Source of the DNA: Tetramitus jugosus
Lineage: Eukaryota; Protista; Heterolobosea
Length of the DNA: 64,000 nt
Assembly (NCBI GenBank): GCA_937625935.1
Contig: OW569355.1
Span: 496,001-560,000, forward strand
Direction of reading: 5' to 3'
The position numbers and the translations under genes are program-made. Each line of letters opens with the position of its first letter. Positions within the stretch are counted from its first letter, which is position 1. The notes beneath the pieces were generated by a model. That model was not told the DNA's origin, searched no databases, and was given only the letters and a program-made list of their open reading frames with translations. This document shows positions 20,043 through 31,918 of the stretch, in pieces.

Positions 20043-20364
20043 ACGTGCTCTTTTGTGGCACTGCTGTTGTGCGTGTGATCTATCGTCTTTTGCATGTAAA
20101 TGTATTGTAGCGATGTGACCGGGAGAGAGAAATTGTGGACTGCTGGTCGATTATGATGGAACATGTTCCTGATCTGTGAATGAAGAAGGAAAATGCCGAA
20201 TAAGAGAGACCTGATCCGGATCGCACCGCTATCAACACATTTATGCATTTGGATGTTCACACGCAAACTTGTACAATCATATGGAGCGATTAATGGTACA
20301 ATTTGTTAATCCTTGTGTGTATTCCCAGAATTAAATTATATACATGTATTTCAACGTGCTCGTT

Positions 20365-22070
20365 TTATTGGTTCTGTTGTGCCAGTGATTCTCTATTGTC
20401 ATATGCCCAGAATGCTTCCACATCTGTCAGCATACTAATGACTGTTCCTCCACATTTACAGTCTAACAAGTCTTGCAGTGTAATGTGCGCTGGATCCGAG
20501 GGCATGACCATCGCGTAGATCTCCTCAAGAATATCTTTAATACTTACAACATCTGCATTGTTCTTCTGTAACCTCTTCTGTATGTCCCTGAAGAAGTAGT
20601 TGATGGTAAATGGAGCAAGATAACCTGTTCGATTCAAGTCCAATATTGGCCAGAAGAAATGAATAGACTGAGGGGTGTTCTTGTTATCGTATGCCAGAAG
20701 AAAGTTTACAAACATTTTGAAATCCTTAATTTCACAAGAACATAGTGTTAATATTTTCATTTCTTCACAATTTGAACAGAGTACATACTAGTTGGCCCTT
20801 TTTAGTGCCATATTCCTGTAACAATCGATCTATAAATGTTATTGTAAGACTACTATTGTTAAAACCTCTGATTTCGTTTCGACTCAAGGAGCCCGACATT
20901 GTTAGGTTGAGTTGTCTAAACATGGCGAACAATCCCTGAGCATTTTGTAGAGAAAACCAGTTTTCCAACAAATCCTGCTCTGGAATATCTTCGTTCATTA
21001 GTTCGTTAAATTCGATCAGAATAGGGCTGGCCACAAGTTCATCAATTGATATTCGATCTACATGAGGTACGTAAATGAATGAGTTCCGATTCACATCTCC
21101 ATGGCAATAATGTTGATTCACACATACCTCGTTTATGAGAGTCCAAGAAGAAGCAAAATTTTCGAACTACAGTGGTTACATAGTGGGGACGAAATTGTCT
21201 GGTCATGTCTTTCAAGCATGGAAACTTAGGAATACTATCGATGACAAACGCCTCCAGATCCTTCTCAGACAAATAATTGTCAGCATCCTTGTCATACTGG
21301 GACAGATTAATCTTGTTCTGTATGAGAGATGTCTTCCTCAAGACATAATTAAAGTAGTTTGGTATCGATATTCGTCCTAGATCATCCTTGAAGAACTTGA
21401 GGAATAGAGAGGGAGAACAGTATTCTTCGGCATGAGTTTCAGATAGGTACTTTGCTACTTGTTGAAATCCAGAATAACCAATCTACACAAGTCACGTAAG
21501 TATTGAGTGAAAGGTCGACAGATACACCCAACTGACTATCGTACATACTCTTTCATCATTATTTATGATCGGAGGCGTAGCAAAGTTTAATAGTTGTTCC
21601 CAGAGATCATCCAATTCATGTGAACTCAGTATCATTCCACTCTTGTGTTCAACAAACATTCGATGAGCTTCAGCGTTTACTAACGTGAGAAGTTCTGAAT
21701 TTTCAGGTTTCTTTTTCACGATATGCATGAAATTTTTAGTTATTGAATTCCAGAAGCTCTCAAATCAAAGTTACTTTACCTTGAAGAAGAACCTAGGAAT
21801 CTTGTCGAGGGATTTCTCACGCTCAATCTCATTTTGATAAACCTGGTCCTCAATATTTAGCATTTCATGAAAGACCAAGTCATCTGGTGCATCACATATT
21901 AGGGAGTTTTTCGTCAGAATCTGAAACAGTGATGTGGAGCACAACACTCTCATGTACATACCTATTTGGCTGTCATTTGGTACCACCGAATGATCTGATA
22001 TATACTTCTCTAATTTCCTCAATAAGAGCGACGTCTTCTCACTTGTTGTCCTGGTATTACTTGGAGACAT
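20365..22070 (-). CDS. PPP2R3C: PP2A regulatory subunit B'' gamma (PPP2R3C/TON2-like), multi-exon
   Basis: Consecutive exons give KIPRFF, ELDDLW..L, LSQYD.D.D.YL.E.DLE, VRKF.FFLD, NWFS, FIDRL, FVNFLLA, ITLQDL..C..GGTVISML.D...FWAYDNRE. Not every exon boundary was resolved. Confidence 0.85.
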
Positions 22071-22205
22071 TTTCACTTTGTTTTTTTCACATAGCACCGT
22101 CCGTTTTTCCGTAGATTTTATGGCGCCCAATACCTTCAAAAGAACTTACCGAAACGACAACGATAACAGACAGGAATTCTTTCTTCAATTTTCAATATTT
22201 GAGCA

Positions 22206-25163
22206 ATGGAGGATGACATGATAGATTCTATCGATCATCCAACGAAGCAACTGGCTCAAAATGATCAGGTTGAGATTGCAGATGAAACGCCGATAGAACC
22301 AGACGATGTTGAGAATCAAACCATTGACATGGACATAGAAAAGGATCATCAAGAAGAAGAAACTGACAATCCCAATGAGAATTTTGAGTTGATAGATGAG
22401 GTTTATGTGGGTGGGATTGATGATGACGAAAATTCGGTCAATAAGTTGCTGAAAGAATTGATGGACGATAGATTTATAGAAGAGAATGAGTATCAAGAAT
22501 ATATGACAGAATATAAAAACTTGGATAAAACACTATTGGAAATTATGGCTAAGGAGACAACTTTCATGAACAAGGGCAAACTGTTGAAGAATGAACTATT
22601 GGAGATGAAGAGAAAGTTTCGAAATGCAGAGAAGACTGCAGCTCAAACACAACAACATCTGGCAGATCTGAAAAGAGATTTGATCAAATCGGAGAACCAA
22701 CTTGCGTTAGCTCATGAAGCAGAGTCCCAATTGCAAACTTCGGTGATAGAAACAGAGAGGAAGATAGATTTCCTTGAGACAGAAAGGAAAAAGTTGATTG
22801 AGAGAAGGGAAGACAAGGAGCGACCGGCATTAGAAAAGTACACTACAGATATTGAAGATCTTAAGAATCAAATTAATCATACAGAGTTGAACAATTCCAA
22901 GGAGGAGGAGAAGAGACGCGAGTATACTCTTAGAATCGTTGAACTAGAAGAACAGCTAAAGGAATCCGAACGACACAACATTGCTCTCAGGGAAGAACTT
23001 GCGAGTAAGGGAGAAGAACCCAAAATTGCTCAAAATCAGTTGAATATCGTTCGACAAGGAATAACTGCAGCTATCAAAGATTCGGAGATAAAAGGCGAGA
23101 AGATTTCCCAACTGACTGCTACGATTAACCGATTACAAAATTCTATTGAAGAGACTGAAAAGGAAAAGAATAATCTGTCCAATCAAATATACAATCTGAA
23201 TCTCACATTGGAGAAGATTGACGAGGATATTCAGAATGTTAAATCGAATGTATTATCAAAGAAGGACGAAAATGCGATTTCGGTGAGCAATAAATTCGCT
23301 CTCAGCCATGAGGAACAAACAAAGAAGGATGAGCAGAGGATTGAGATAGAGTCATTAAAGAACCTGCAAAAGCAAGAAGAAGATTGTGTTAAAAAGGCAT
23401 ACAAGGTCGAATCTCAAATTAAGTATCTGGAAAGAGAGATTCATAAGCACGAAAAAGTTAAAGAAATGCTCAACACTGAGAAAAAGCGGGTGGAGGAGAA
23501 GTTAGAAAAGATAAAAACCGAAAGGATGATGTTAGATCGAGAAGTTGACATACTTTCTCATGATCTCTTTCAATCTGAAAATAATGGAGATACTCTCCTG
23601 AAAGAATTAACATCCAAGGAGGCAGAAGTTCAAGGAATGGAGAGCAATATTACAAAAACTGCTGATGAAGAGAGGGAATTAGCAAAAGAGATTACCGACC
23701 TCGAAAAAGAGAGAGAAAAGAAGGCAAGAGATGCTGCCAAAAGAAAATATTTGTTGGTTGAATCGAGAGGAGAACTAAAAATTCTATCATTTGTGAATAG
23801 TGAATTGCAAAAGAAATTGATGGTTATTGACAATGAAATTAATGCTAAGAATGAACTCTATTCTTTAATGAGACAAGAAAGAAACAAATGTTCGAAAGCG
23901 ATACAAGATAGTGCCCAGACATTAGGCGAGATACGAGAAAAGAACAAGATACTAGAAAATGAAATAGATGTTCTCCGGGGACAAATCAATGAGAAGAACA
24001 AGCAGTTGAACGAAGATAAAACTTCACTCGATAAGAGGAACAAGGAGAGTAGAAAGCTTCACTCAGAGTCGAGTAAGCTGAAAATGGCTATTAATGAGAA
24101 AGAGAATCGGAAACAAGCTCTTCAAAGCGAGATTGACGAGCTGAACATGTACATAGACACAACGGAGGAAAGTATGATATTTTTGAAGAATAGATATGAA
24201 TCGGGAGTGCAAGAGAGAAATTATACCGGTATTCAACTTATTGACAGGAATGATGAGCTGTGTATTTTGTATGAGAAGGCGAATATTCAAGGTAATATTA
24301 TTAAGGAGGGAGAGATTGAACTTCAAAAGAGAGAGAAAGAACTGAAAATGTTAACGCTCGAAATGGAAAATGTTCGCCGAGAGACCCAGATCGTATTCAA
24401 GCGAGTACCTGAATTTGAATCCCTCAGGAAGGAAAAGGAGGACTTACTGAGACAGATTGAGGAAACAAAGAAACAATCGGAAGATATATCAACACAGTTA
24501 GAGGATCCAAGTAATACAAGCCGATGGAGAGAACTACCAGGATATGTACCTACGAAGGAAGAACTAAAAGACAAGGTTCAAGAGTTAGAAGAGAAACTCA
24601 ATCAAAGATCCGAACAACTCATGGAGAAAAATTTGATGCTCCAGGAAATTACACAATCATCAGACGAAAGTAGGATGGAAGCTATGCAAGGTCGGGATCA
24701 GATGTACGACTTGGCTCTCAATATGAACAAGGTTCAGGCAAGAATCAGAGATATTAATAAGAAGATGATGGCTACTCTCTCTGAACTATCTGTCTACCAA
24801 GCTACAACAATGGAATTAGAGCAGAGTAACAAGGAGCTAGAAGATATTATAGCCCTTGCACAAGAGAGAATCGCTCGTGGAGAAGCCCCATCACAAGAAC
24901 ATGAAGAGCAATGGTTCAGAGATGAAAGGCTACGGTATAAGAGACAGTTGGAGATGCAACTCATGGCAGAAAGGATCGCCTATGAAAAGAGTTTACCTCC
25001 AACTGTTACACGGACAACTGCTTTACAAAGACCTGGGGCCTACATTCCAGACGATATGCTGGGTTTGCCCAAACCTTACATGTTCAAACCCATGTTATTT
25101 AGTGAACCAGGATCTACAATGAGACATATCAAGAAACAAAAAAATCGCCCTATAATTATATGA
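22206..25163 (+). CDS. CCDC146: Flagellar coiled-coil protein, CCDC146/MBO2-like (CFAP58 family)
   Basis: 985-aa coiled coil with ERNYTGIQLIDRNDELCILYEK, LEDP.N..RWR.L.G and TTALQRP.AYIP...LPKPY. Confidence 0.78.
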   Translation: MEDDMIDSIDHPTKQLAQNDQVEIADETPIEPDDVENQTIDMDIEKDHQEEETDNPNENFELIDEVYVGGIDDDENSVNKLLKELMDDRFIEENEYQEYMTEYKNLDKTLLEIMAKETTFMNKGKLLKNELLEMKRKFRNAEKTAAQTQQHLADLKRDLIKSENQLALAHEAESQLQTSVIETERKIDFLETERKKLIERREDKERPALEKYTTDIEDLKNQINHTELNNSKEEEKRREYTLRIVELEEQLKESERHNIALREELASKGEEPKIAQNQLNIVRQGITAAIKDSEIKGEKISQLTATINRLQNSIEETEKEKNNLSNQIYNLNLTLEKIDEDIQNVKSNVLSKKDENAISVSNKFALSHEEQTKKDEQRIEIESLKNLQKQEEDCVKKAYKVESQIKYLEREIHKHEKVKEMLNTEKKRVEEKLEKIKTERMMLDREVDILSHDLFQSENNGDTLLKELTSKEAEVQGMESNITKTADEERELAKEITDLEKEREKKARDAAKRKYLLVESRGELKILSFVNSELQKKLMVIDNEINAKNELYSLMRQERNKCSKAIQDSAQTLGEIREKNKILENEIDVLRGQINEKNKQLNEDKTSLDKRNKESRKLHSESSKLKMAINEKENRKQALQSEIDELNMYIDTTEESMIFLKNRYESGVQERNYTGIQLIDRNDELCILYEKANIQGNIIKEGEIELQKREKELKMLTLEMENVRRETQIVFKRVPEFESLRKEKEDLLRQIEETKKQSEDISTQLEDPSNTSRWRELPGYVPTKEELKDKVQELEEKLNQRSEQLMEKNLMLQEITQSSDESRMEAMQGRDQMYDLALNMNKVQARIRDINKKMMATLSELSVYQATTMELEQSNKELEDIIALAQERIARGEAPSQEHEEQWFRDERLRYKRQLEMQLMAERIAYEKSLPPTVTRTTALQRPGAYIPDDMLGLPKPYMFKPMLFSEPGSTMRHIKKQKNRPIII

Positions 25164-25184
25164 GTGTCAATGTAAAAACATAAT

Positions 25185-27208
25185 TTATAAGTTAGTGTCT
25201 TGTTTCTTTTCGGCATATTGTTGCTCCTTTCGAGCAATCTCCAGTATTTGTTGCAGTTGTTCGCTGGTTAACTGAGTGTAGCTACTGGTGTGAGTAGCAG
25301 CAATCATTTGATTGATTTCAGCTAAACGCTGCTTCTGCTCTCGTTCTATTCGCGAATTTCGAAGGATATCGTCACATGGAATCTTTTCATATCGATTTAC
25401 TTTTTCAGGTATCCGATAGATTTGGAACTCTCCACCTGGTTTGTCAGACTCTTGAAGTGTCTGCCGAATAACATCCATCTCCCCTAGCGATCGATCAATA
25501 TTTTGTAAACGATTCATATTATCCTCAGAATGCGAATATCCATATCCGAGCGGAATTACAACTCCATCCTTATCAGACTAATTGAATTTGAGTGTTCATG
25601 GATTGTTAGATCAATACTAAGCAAGAACAACAAGAAAGCAAAAAAACATACATCAAAGGTATTGTCTGTCATAATCTGAGCTACCTTAGACTGCTCCTCT
25701 TCTGTAAGGGTATAGTACCTTGCCGCTGGTCCGAGTGTTGCATTTCGATCGCTATAGCTAGAAGTTCTACTACTCGCTAAACTTGCACTCTCCGAGGTGT
25801 CCAAGCTTATGCGGCTCGAATTTGCTCTAGCAGAGCCCGGTCTCGATAGTGATATAATATTGGCTGCTATCGACTCGTCTCTTGCTCCTACCTTGCGGGA
25901 ACTACCTCGACGAACAATACTCATAACATCACTTGATAAACTTTCTCCTTCTTGTGTCTTTGCTCTCAAAACTAGATCCAATTTTCTAATCTTCTCAAGC
26001 GCAAACTCCAGAGGTTCATTTGGCTCAATTGATTTCATTGCTTCTGAATAGCTGAGACGAGTGGCTCTAACGAACTGGTCTGCAACATCATGAGAAGTAA
26101 AAAGTACATCTTCTTTCCGCAGCTCTTCAGGTATATTTTGAATCTTTGACACCAAACTATGCAACCTCTCTTCATAATTTTCGAAATTAATTAACTTTTC
26201 TCCTTCTTCATCTGTTTTCTGCTTTATATTCATTAGATAGGTCTCCAACTCGGAACGTATCATCTCCCTATTTTGATTGTATTTCGCCAATGATGTTTGG
26301 ATGTTTGACTTCATTTCTTCAAACTCTAAAATATCATCTTGATCGTCCTCATTCATCTCAATATTGAAGCTCGTACTATTAACAAATGAGAATGAGTCAC
26401 CCTCACAGATCGAATCCTCTAGATCAAAATCCTCATCCTCACCAATAGTAAATGGCAAGGTTTCTTCATCTTCGAATGATGGATCAACAGATTGAGCACT
26501 ATAATGTGAAAGATCCTTAACATTGATCACAGAAGAAGTTGGAGAAGAAACACAAGATGAAGTCGTAGAGGATAATATGGAAGAGGAAGAACTGGGACGG
26601 GAGGACATGGATTTGCGATAAGACGCACCAACCCTACCACTACTGCCGCTACTATGACTGATTCGACTACCGCAATAGCTCTTCATCATCATCTTGCTGC
26701 TACCATCTCGGTTGCCCTCCCGACTTCCACCATTCATGCCATCTCTAGAACTGGAGCCACTCGTGTTGTTACGACTCTCATCACGAACGGCACTACTTGA
26801 ACCTACTCTCGAATGAGAAGTGGATGAAACACCAGAATAGCGATTACAGTTGCTGCTGCTGTTACTTCTCTTTAATGAAGTGCTTCTTCTTCCTTTTGGA
26901 GGAGTTATGGGATTGGGCACACTTGTCAAGAAGACATCAGATGTTGATCTCCATGAATCAGATGTACTTGAAGAAGAATCTGACTGGATATAACTAGAAT
27001 ACACAGCAGATGATTTAGAGAGAAAGGATGACGATGATGGCCTACTATGGGAAGGACTAGGCACAACACAATCAGCACTCATCGATGACGAGCTCCTGTA
27101 AATGGGTGGAAATCGAACAGTATGAGCAGTAAGTGAGGAATCATTTGTATTATCAGTGTCAATGTTATTATCACCCACCATCATCATGCTCTCTTCATTG
27201 TTCGTCAT
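25185..27208 (-). CDS. Ser-rich coiled-coil protein (weakly FSIP1-like), intron 25578..25651
   Basis: A GTATGT...TAG intron joins the two listed ORFs in frame (TFD|SDKDGV). ALEKIRKLDLVL and RLQNID segments only loosely recall FSIP1. Confidence 0.5.
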
Positions 27209-27771
27209 CCAATATTCAAACTTCAGTCCCAGAGGCACGAATTGAGTTTTCGTAGTCGCGAGGAAAACCGAAGAAAACAACTTTGGCGCCATGTGTATGT
27301 CGGAGCAAAATGAGAATGAACATGATTTTCACACAAAATGAATGAACAATCGACAAGTACCGTTCCGTGGTACTGAACGTGCCACAATGTTAACGAGTGT
27401 CGCTCATGTTGTCCATGGTCCCTTGAGCCATAAAAGAGTCAATCTTTGCGTCTCTCCCATCTTAGAACATCCTTTCTGGTCAAAATGAATGAATTGTTCT
27501 GTTCTTTGTTTTTGTGGCAATCTCTGGTCATATCATGAAATTCAACATGTACTTGCGTTGAAGGTCTTGACCTTCCTTGTCCACATGTAACCTTGTTCTC
27601 TCGTTGACGTCTTTGCGAGTTTCACATTTTCGCAAGATTCACCGATTTGATTGAACGTCAACCATGGCGGCGGTCAACTTCGTGAAAGTGTAGAATTCTA
27701 AAAAATTCATTTTGAAAAAAACAACAAACTTCAAGGATACTTACCCACCCATAAGCCATAACACTTTCAAA

Positions 27772-28566
27772 ATGGTCAACACCACCGCACAATACGGAAT
27801 TTCCACCAAGGTATGAAGACGACACGATATGAGTAATTGATGAACTACATCAACGGCAATATATTCCTCCATGAATGATGCACATGATGTGATTTCTTTT
27901 CGGGAGCCAATATTTGCCTGTGACATGCGTTCAATGTTTTGTTTGAAGCCGGTTTACTGACCTTTTTGTTTTTTAAATCAATAGGTTAAGCACTATGAAA
28001 TCATTGGTAGAGCTAAGCCAAAGTCCTCCACTGACAAGCCAACTCTTTACAAAATGAGAATTTTTGCGCCAAACACTGTTGTCGCCAAGAGCAGATTCTG
28101 GTACTTCATCAGAAGAAACTCCAAGGTCGAAGAGAAGATTAAGAAGGCAAACGGTGAAATCTTGCACATTGCTGAAGTCCCTGAAGAAGACACCACCACT
28201 GTCAAGAACTTCGGAATCTGGATCAGATACAACAGCAGATCCGGAATCACCAACATGTACAAGGAGTACAGAGATGTCAAGCTTGTCGGTGCTGTTCACC
28301 AATTGTTGGTCGAGATGGCTGCAAGACACAGAGCTAGATACCAAAACATTCACATCATCAAGACTATTATCGTCACCAGAACTGAACCAGCTGGTGAGGA
28401 AGACTCTGCTGAAGCAAAGGCTGAGCCATTCTTGAGAAGAGCTCAAAACTTGCAATTCGCTGCCAATGATGACATTAAGTTCCCATTGCCAAGATCCAAG
28501 CCAAAGATCGAGAAGCAACACAGAAAGATCTTCGCATACTCCAGACCAAAGATGTTCTCTTACTAA
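27772..28566 (+). CDS. RPL18A: 60S ribosomal protein eL20 (L18a), join(27772..27810,27985..28566)
   Basis: YKMRIFAPN.VVAKSRFWYF, VKNFGIWIRY.SRSG..NMYKEYRD, MAARHRAR; 174-nt GT-AG intron. Confidence 0.95.
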
Positions 28567-29077
28567 ACAAGGTGTTAATGTTTTGTTTTTCGTTGGCTCC
28601 TTGAATTTAGTCGCGTAATACATGGTACCAACATAAATTCCTATTGTGAAAATTTTATCAATCGCCAAATCATTGTACCAGTTTCATTTTGATGTTCATC
28701 CGAAATTATTGTGCTCAATGTTTCGCCAACCACTGCCAACATCTTTGCCCGCTCTTGTGTCGTTGTTGCGGACTCTCTGCCAAAATGTCCAAGCACAATT
28801 ATCTTTTGAGTCAAACTCAACCATGATGAAGTCATGAACTGCAGACGATCTGACGTTTCAGCGTGGGCTCCTCATTGAACTCTCTCGAATAAACACCACC
28901 GCACGAACTGAACGTTCACACATCAAACCACACTGCAGCTACAGTTGAAGGATTCTATATTAACCCGACCCTTTTCGAATTGAAGCGCTACTTGAATTGT
29001 AAACTGATGATCACTTTTTCAAATTTTGTCAAACGTCACTCACTGGATGACAATACTTGATGTGTAACCTTTCACAC

Positions 29078-29083
29078 TATAAA
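29078..29083 (+). promoter_or_regulatory. TATA box of actin gene
   Basis: TATAAA about 100 nt upstream of the actin ATG, followed by an A/C-rich leader. Confidence 0.55.
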
Positions 29084-29178
29084 TTGCTGATCACGTGTTG
29101 GCTCGTATCATTGATTCACAAAACAAAAACAAACAGTTGTAATTTAACCTCTCTCCAAAACTCTCTTAAATAATAATA

Positions 29179-30306
29179 ATGTGTGACGACGTTCAAGCCC
29201 TAGTTGTTGATAACGGATCTGGTATGTGTAAGGCTGGCTTTGCCGGTGATGACGCACCAAGAGCTGTCTTCCCTTCCATCATTGGTAGACCAAAGCAAAA
29301 GTCCATCATGGTCGGTATGGGTAACAAGGATGCCTATGTCGGTGATGAGGCTCAATCCAAGAGAGGTATCTTGACCTTGAAGTACCCAATTGAACACGGT
29401 ATTGTGACCAACTGGGACGATATGGAAAAGATCTGGCATCACACCTTCTACAATGAGTTGAGAGTTGCTCCAGAAGAGCACCCTGTCTTGTTGACTGAAG
29501 CTCCTTTGAACCCAAAGGCCAACAGAGAAAAGATGACTCAAATCATGTTTGAGACCTTCTCCGTCCCTGCAATGTACGTTGCTATCCAAGCTGTCTTGTC
29601 CTTGTACGCTTCCGGAAGAACCACTGGTATCGTCTTGGATTCTGGTGATGGTGTTTCCCACACTGTCCCTATCTATGAAGGTTATGCTTTGCCTCATGCC
29701 ATTTTGAGAATTGATTTGGCTGGTCGTGACTTGACTGACTACATGATGAAGATTTTGATGGAAAGAGGTTACTCATTCGGAACTACTGCCGAAAGAGAAA
29801 TTGTCAGAGATATCAAGGAAAAGCTTTGCTACATTGCTCTTGACTTTGACGAAGAAATGAAGAAGGCTGCAGAGTCCTCTGTCGTTGAAAAGTCCTATGA
29901 ATTGCCTGACGGTAATGTCATCACTGTCGGTAACGAAAGATTCAGATGCCCTGAAGTTTTGTTCCAACCAAACTTTATTGGTATGGAAGCTGCTGGTGTC
30001 CATGAAACCACCTTCAACTCCATTGGTAAGACTGATATTGATATCAGAAAGGACTTGTACGGAAACGTTGTCTTGTCCGGTGGTACAACCATGTTCGAGG
30101 GTATTGCTGAGAGATTGACCAAGGAATTGACCAATATGGCTCCTGCTTCCATGAAGATCAAGGTTGTTGCTCCACCAGAGAGAAAGTACTCTGTCTGGAT
30201 TGGTGGCTCCATCTTGGCTTCCTTGTCCACTTTCCAACAAATGTGGATCTCCAAGGAAGAATACGAAGACTCTGGTCCAGGTATTGTCCACAGAAAGTGC
30301 TTCTAA
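29179..30306 (+). CDS. ACT: Conventional actin (intronless, 375 aa)
   Basis: Canonical actin from [10 protein letters not shown] to IVHRKCF. Confidence 0.99.
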
Positions 30307-30787
30307 ATCTTTTCATAAACATTTTTCTTACATACAACGTCGATCCCTTTCTTATGAGATGCTCATGTTTGTCAGTTTCTGTTTGAGATCAGACTGACTT
30401 AACATGATTACTCGGTTTCAATTTCATCCCCATTCAACAAATAGAGGAGAACAAGACGTTCCAGCACAATATGTCATTATGGCTATTGGATTCAGCGAAT
30501 TCCTTGGCGTATGAACGAGTCCATGATGTGGCAGTGAGAAAGTTTAAAACAATTTAACAGAGACCGAACTAACCACAGTTCTCTCTTTTATTGAGACAAA
30601 CCGAGGAAGATGAGTTGATTCGGCTGATTTGTGAGTTTTGATTTTCTTTTCTTTCCGTAGACAGAGTCCGGCCCACACCGGAGTAACCAAACACTGTCCA
30701 GGTGCAAGCTCTTGGACAGTTCTACCAAGGTCTCATACCAGTAACCAATCAATTCAAAGTTTGGAAAACAGAGTAAGAACCATCAAG

Positions 30788-31735
30788 ATGATAATCCGCT
30801 CACCAGTTAAAAAGGACAGTAAGGTAGTTAGGAAGCTAACAAAGATTTCCTTCACTGTTGACTCCTATGATTATGAACAATTAAAGGGAATGAAGACAAG
30901 AGCCATGCGGGCGGTCGAAGAAAACTCTATGGACAAAGGGGCCGATATTCTCTTCGGAACAAGAGAGGATCGCAAGGAATACTTTGCCATCATCCAAGGT
31001 CAAGATGAAGAACAAGAAGATAAAATAGCTCTCTTTATTGAAAACTTCTTCCTTTTGAATGAAGTCTTCAACAAAACTGTGGTGAGATCAAAGGTCAGTA
31101 AGATCTTGAGTGAAGGGATTAGCATTCAACAGGTCAAGCTGGAAAACGAAGATCCTGACAATCAGTACATCTCTGGGGAGGTAGCCCCCCAACCAAAATT
31201 TGATGCTGTTGTCTACAAGGAGGCGACTAAGAACAGCCTTTTGGCGAAGAAACGAAGGTTGAAAGAGATTTTCGTGAGTGACAGTGCCCCTTCGGAGCAA
31301 GAAGCAAATATAAATCCACCCCAGAAGAAGCTCAAACCTCAGTTTCCCTTCAACATTGATAGGGGACGTGGGACTAGTTCAATGAGTCATGATAGGCTTG
31401 TGGAGAAATATCAAGAAAGGATAGCTCAGGTGAAGAGTGAACATCGTGCGGAAGTAGCCCAGTTGAGAAATCAGTACAAGCAGCTTATCAAGGAACACCA
31501 AGAGCAGAATAAGGAGAATCAAGTGAAGACCAATCAACTCCGAGCGCAGATCACGGAGTTGACCAATCAACATCAAGCTGAGATCACGGTGTTGACCAAT
31601 CAACACCAAGCGCAGATCACGGAGTTGACCAATCAACACCAATTGAAGATTGACGAGATGATCGAGGAACAATACAAGAAGATTGACAAGCTTACCGAGG
31701 AATATCGCGAGGACCTGAGAAATATGAAGGAATGA
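30788..31735 (+). CDS. Orphan coiled-coil protein with 11-aa tandem repeats
   Basis: ATG 30788, 315 codons, AATAAA shortly after the stop; no family recognised. Confidence 0.55.
   Translation: MIIRSPVKKDSKVVRKLTKISFTVDSYDYEQLKGMKTRAMRAVEENSMDKGADILFGTREDRKEYFAIIQGQDEEQEDKIALFIENFFLLNEVFNKTVVRSKVSKILSEGISIQQVKLENEDPDNQYISGEVAPQPKFDAVVYKEATKNSLLAKKRRLKEIFVSDSAPSEQEANINPPQKKLKPQFPFNIDRGRGTSSMSHDRLVEKYQERIAQVKSEHRAEVAQLRNQYKQLIKEHQEQNKENQVKTNQLRAQITELTNQHQAEITVLTNQHQAQITELTNQHQLKIDEMIEEQYKKIDKLTEEYREDLRNMKE
31528..31642 (+). repeat. About 3.5 copies of a 33-bp coding tandem repeat (TNQHQAQITEL)
   Basis: Units begin GACCAATCAAC at 31528, 31561, 31594 and 31627. Confidence 0.9.
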
Positions 31736-31810
31736 AGGGTTTAAAAACCGATTCAACCAGATCCGGAACATTCAATAAATACGTCTTTTATTGAGGCATT
31801 CGGTGCTGTG

Positions 31811-31918
31811 CCTGGTCCACTTTCCAACAAATGGGAATCTCCAAGGAAGAATACGAAGACTCTGGTCCAGGTATTGTCCACAGAAAGTGCTTCTAAATCT
31901 TTTCATAAACAATTTTCT
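31811..31918 (+). pseudogene. Duplicated actin 3' end (last ~28 codons, stop and start of 3'UTR)
   Basis: 108-nt copy of 30221-30328 with 4 mismatches. Confidence 0.9.

Larger units (their letters stand above)
30584..31795. repeat. 12-bp direct repeat TCTTTTATTGAG (30584-30595 and 31784-31795) bracketing an orphan ORF
   Basis: Exact 12-nt match 1200 nt apart, seen directly; its meaning is uncertain. Confidence 0.6.

Noticed and set aside
20150-20215. Possible C/D snoRNA between ARPC4 and the PP2A subunit gene
   Set aside because: Imperfect C box, no convincing terminal stem, and at most about 8 nt of rRNA complementarity.
27737-27746. ATACTTACC resembling the U1 snRNA 5' end
   Set aside because: It continues CCAC rather than TGG, shows no U1 stems or Sm site, and lies in the RPL18A leader.
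27973-30291. Long antisense ORFs over RPL18A and actin
   Set aside because: Shadows of strongly biased codon usage in highly expressed genes; no independent motifs.
31528-31642. 33-bp repeats as a CRISPR array
   Set aside because: Head-to-tail in-frame coding repeats with no spacers and no cas genes.
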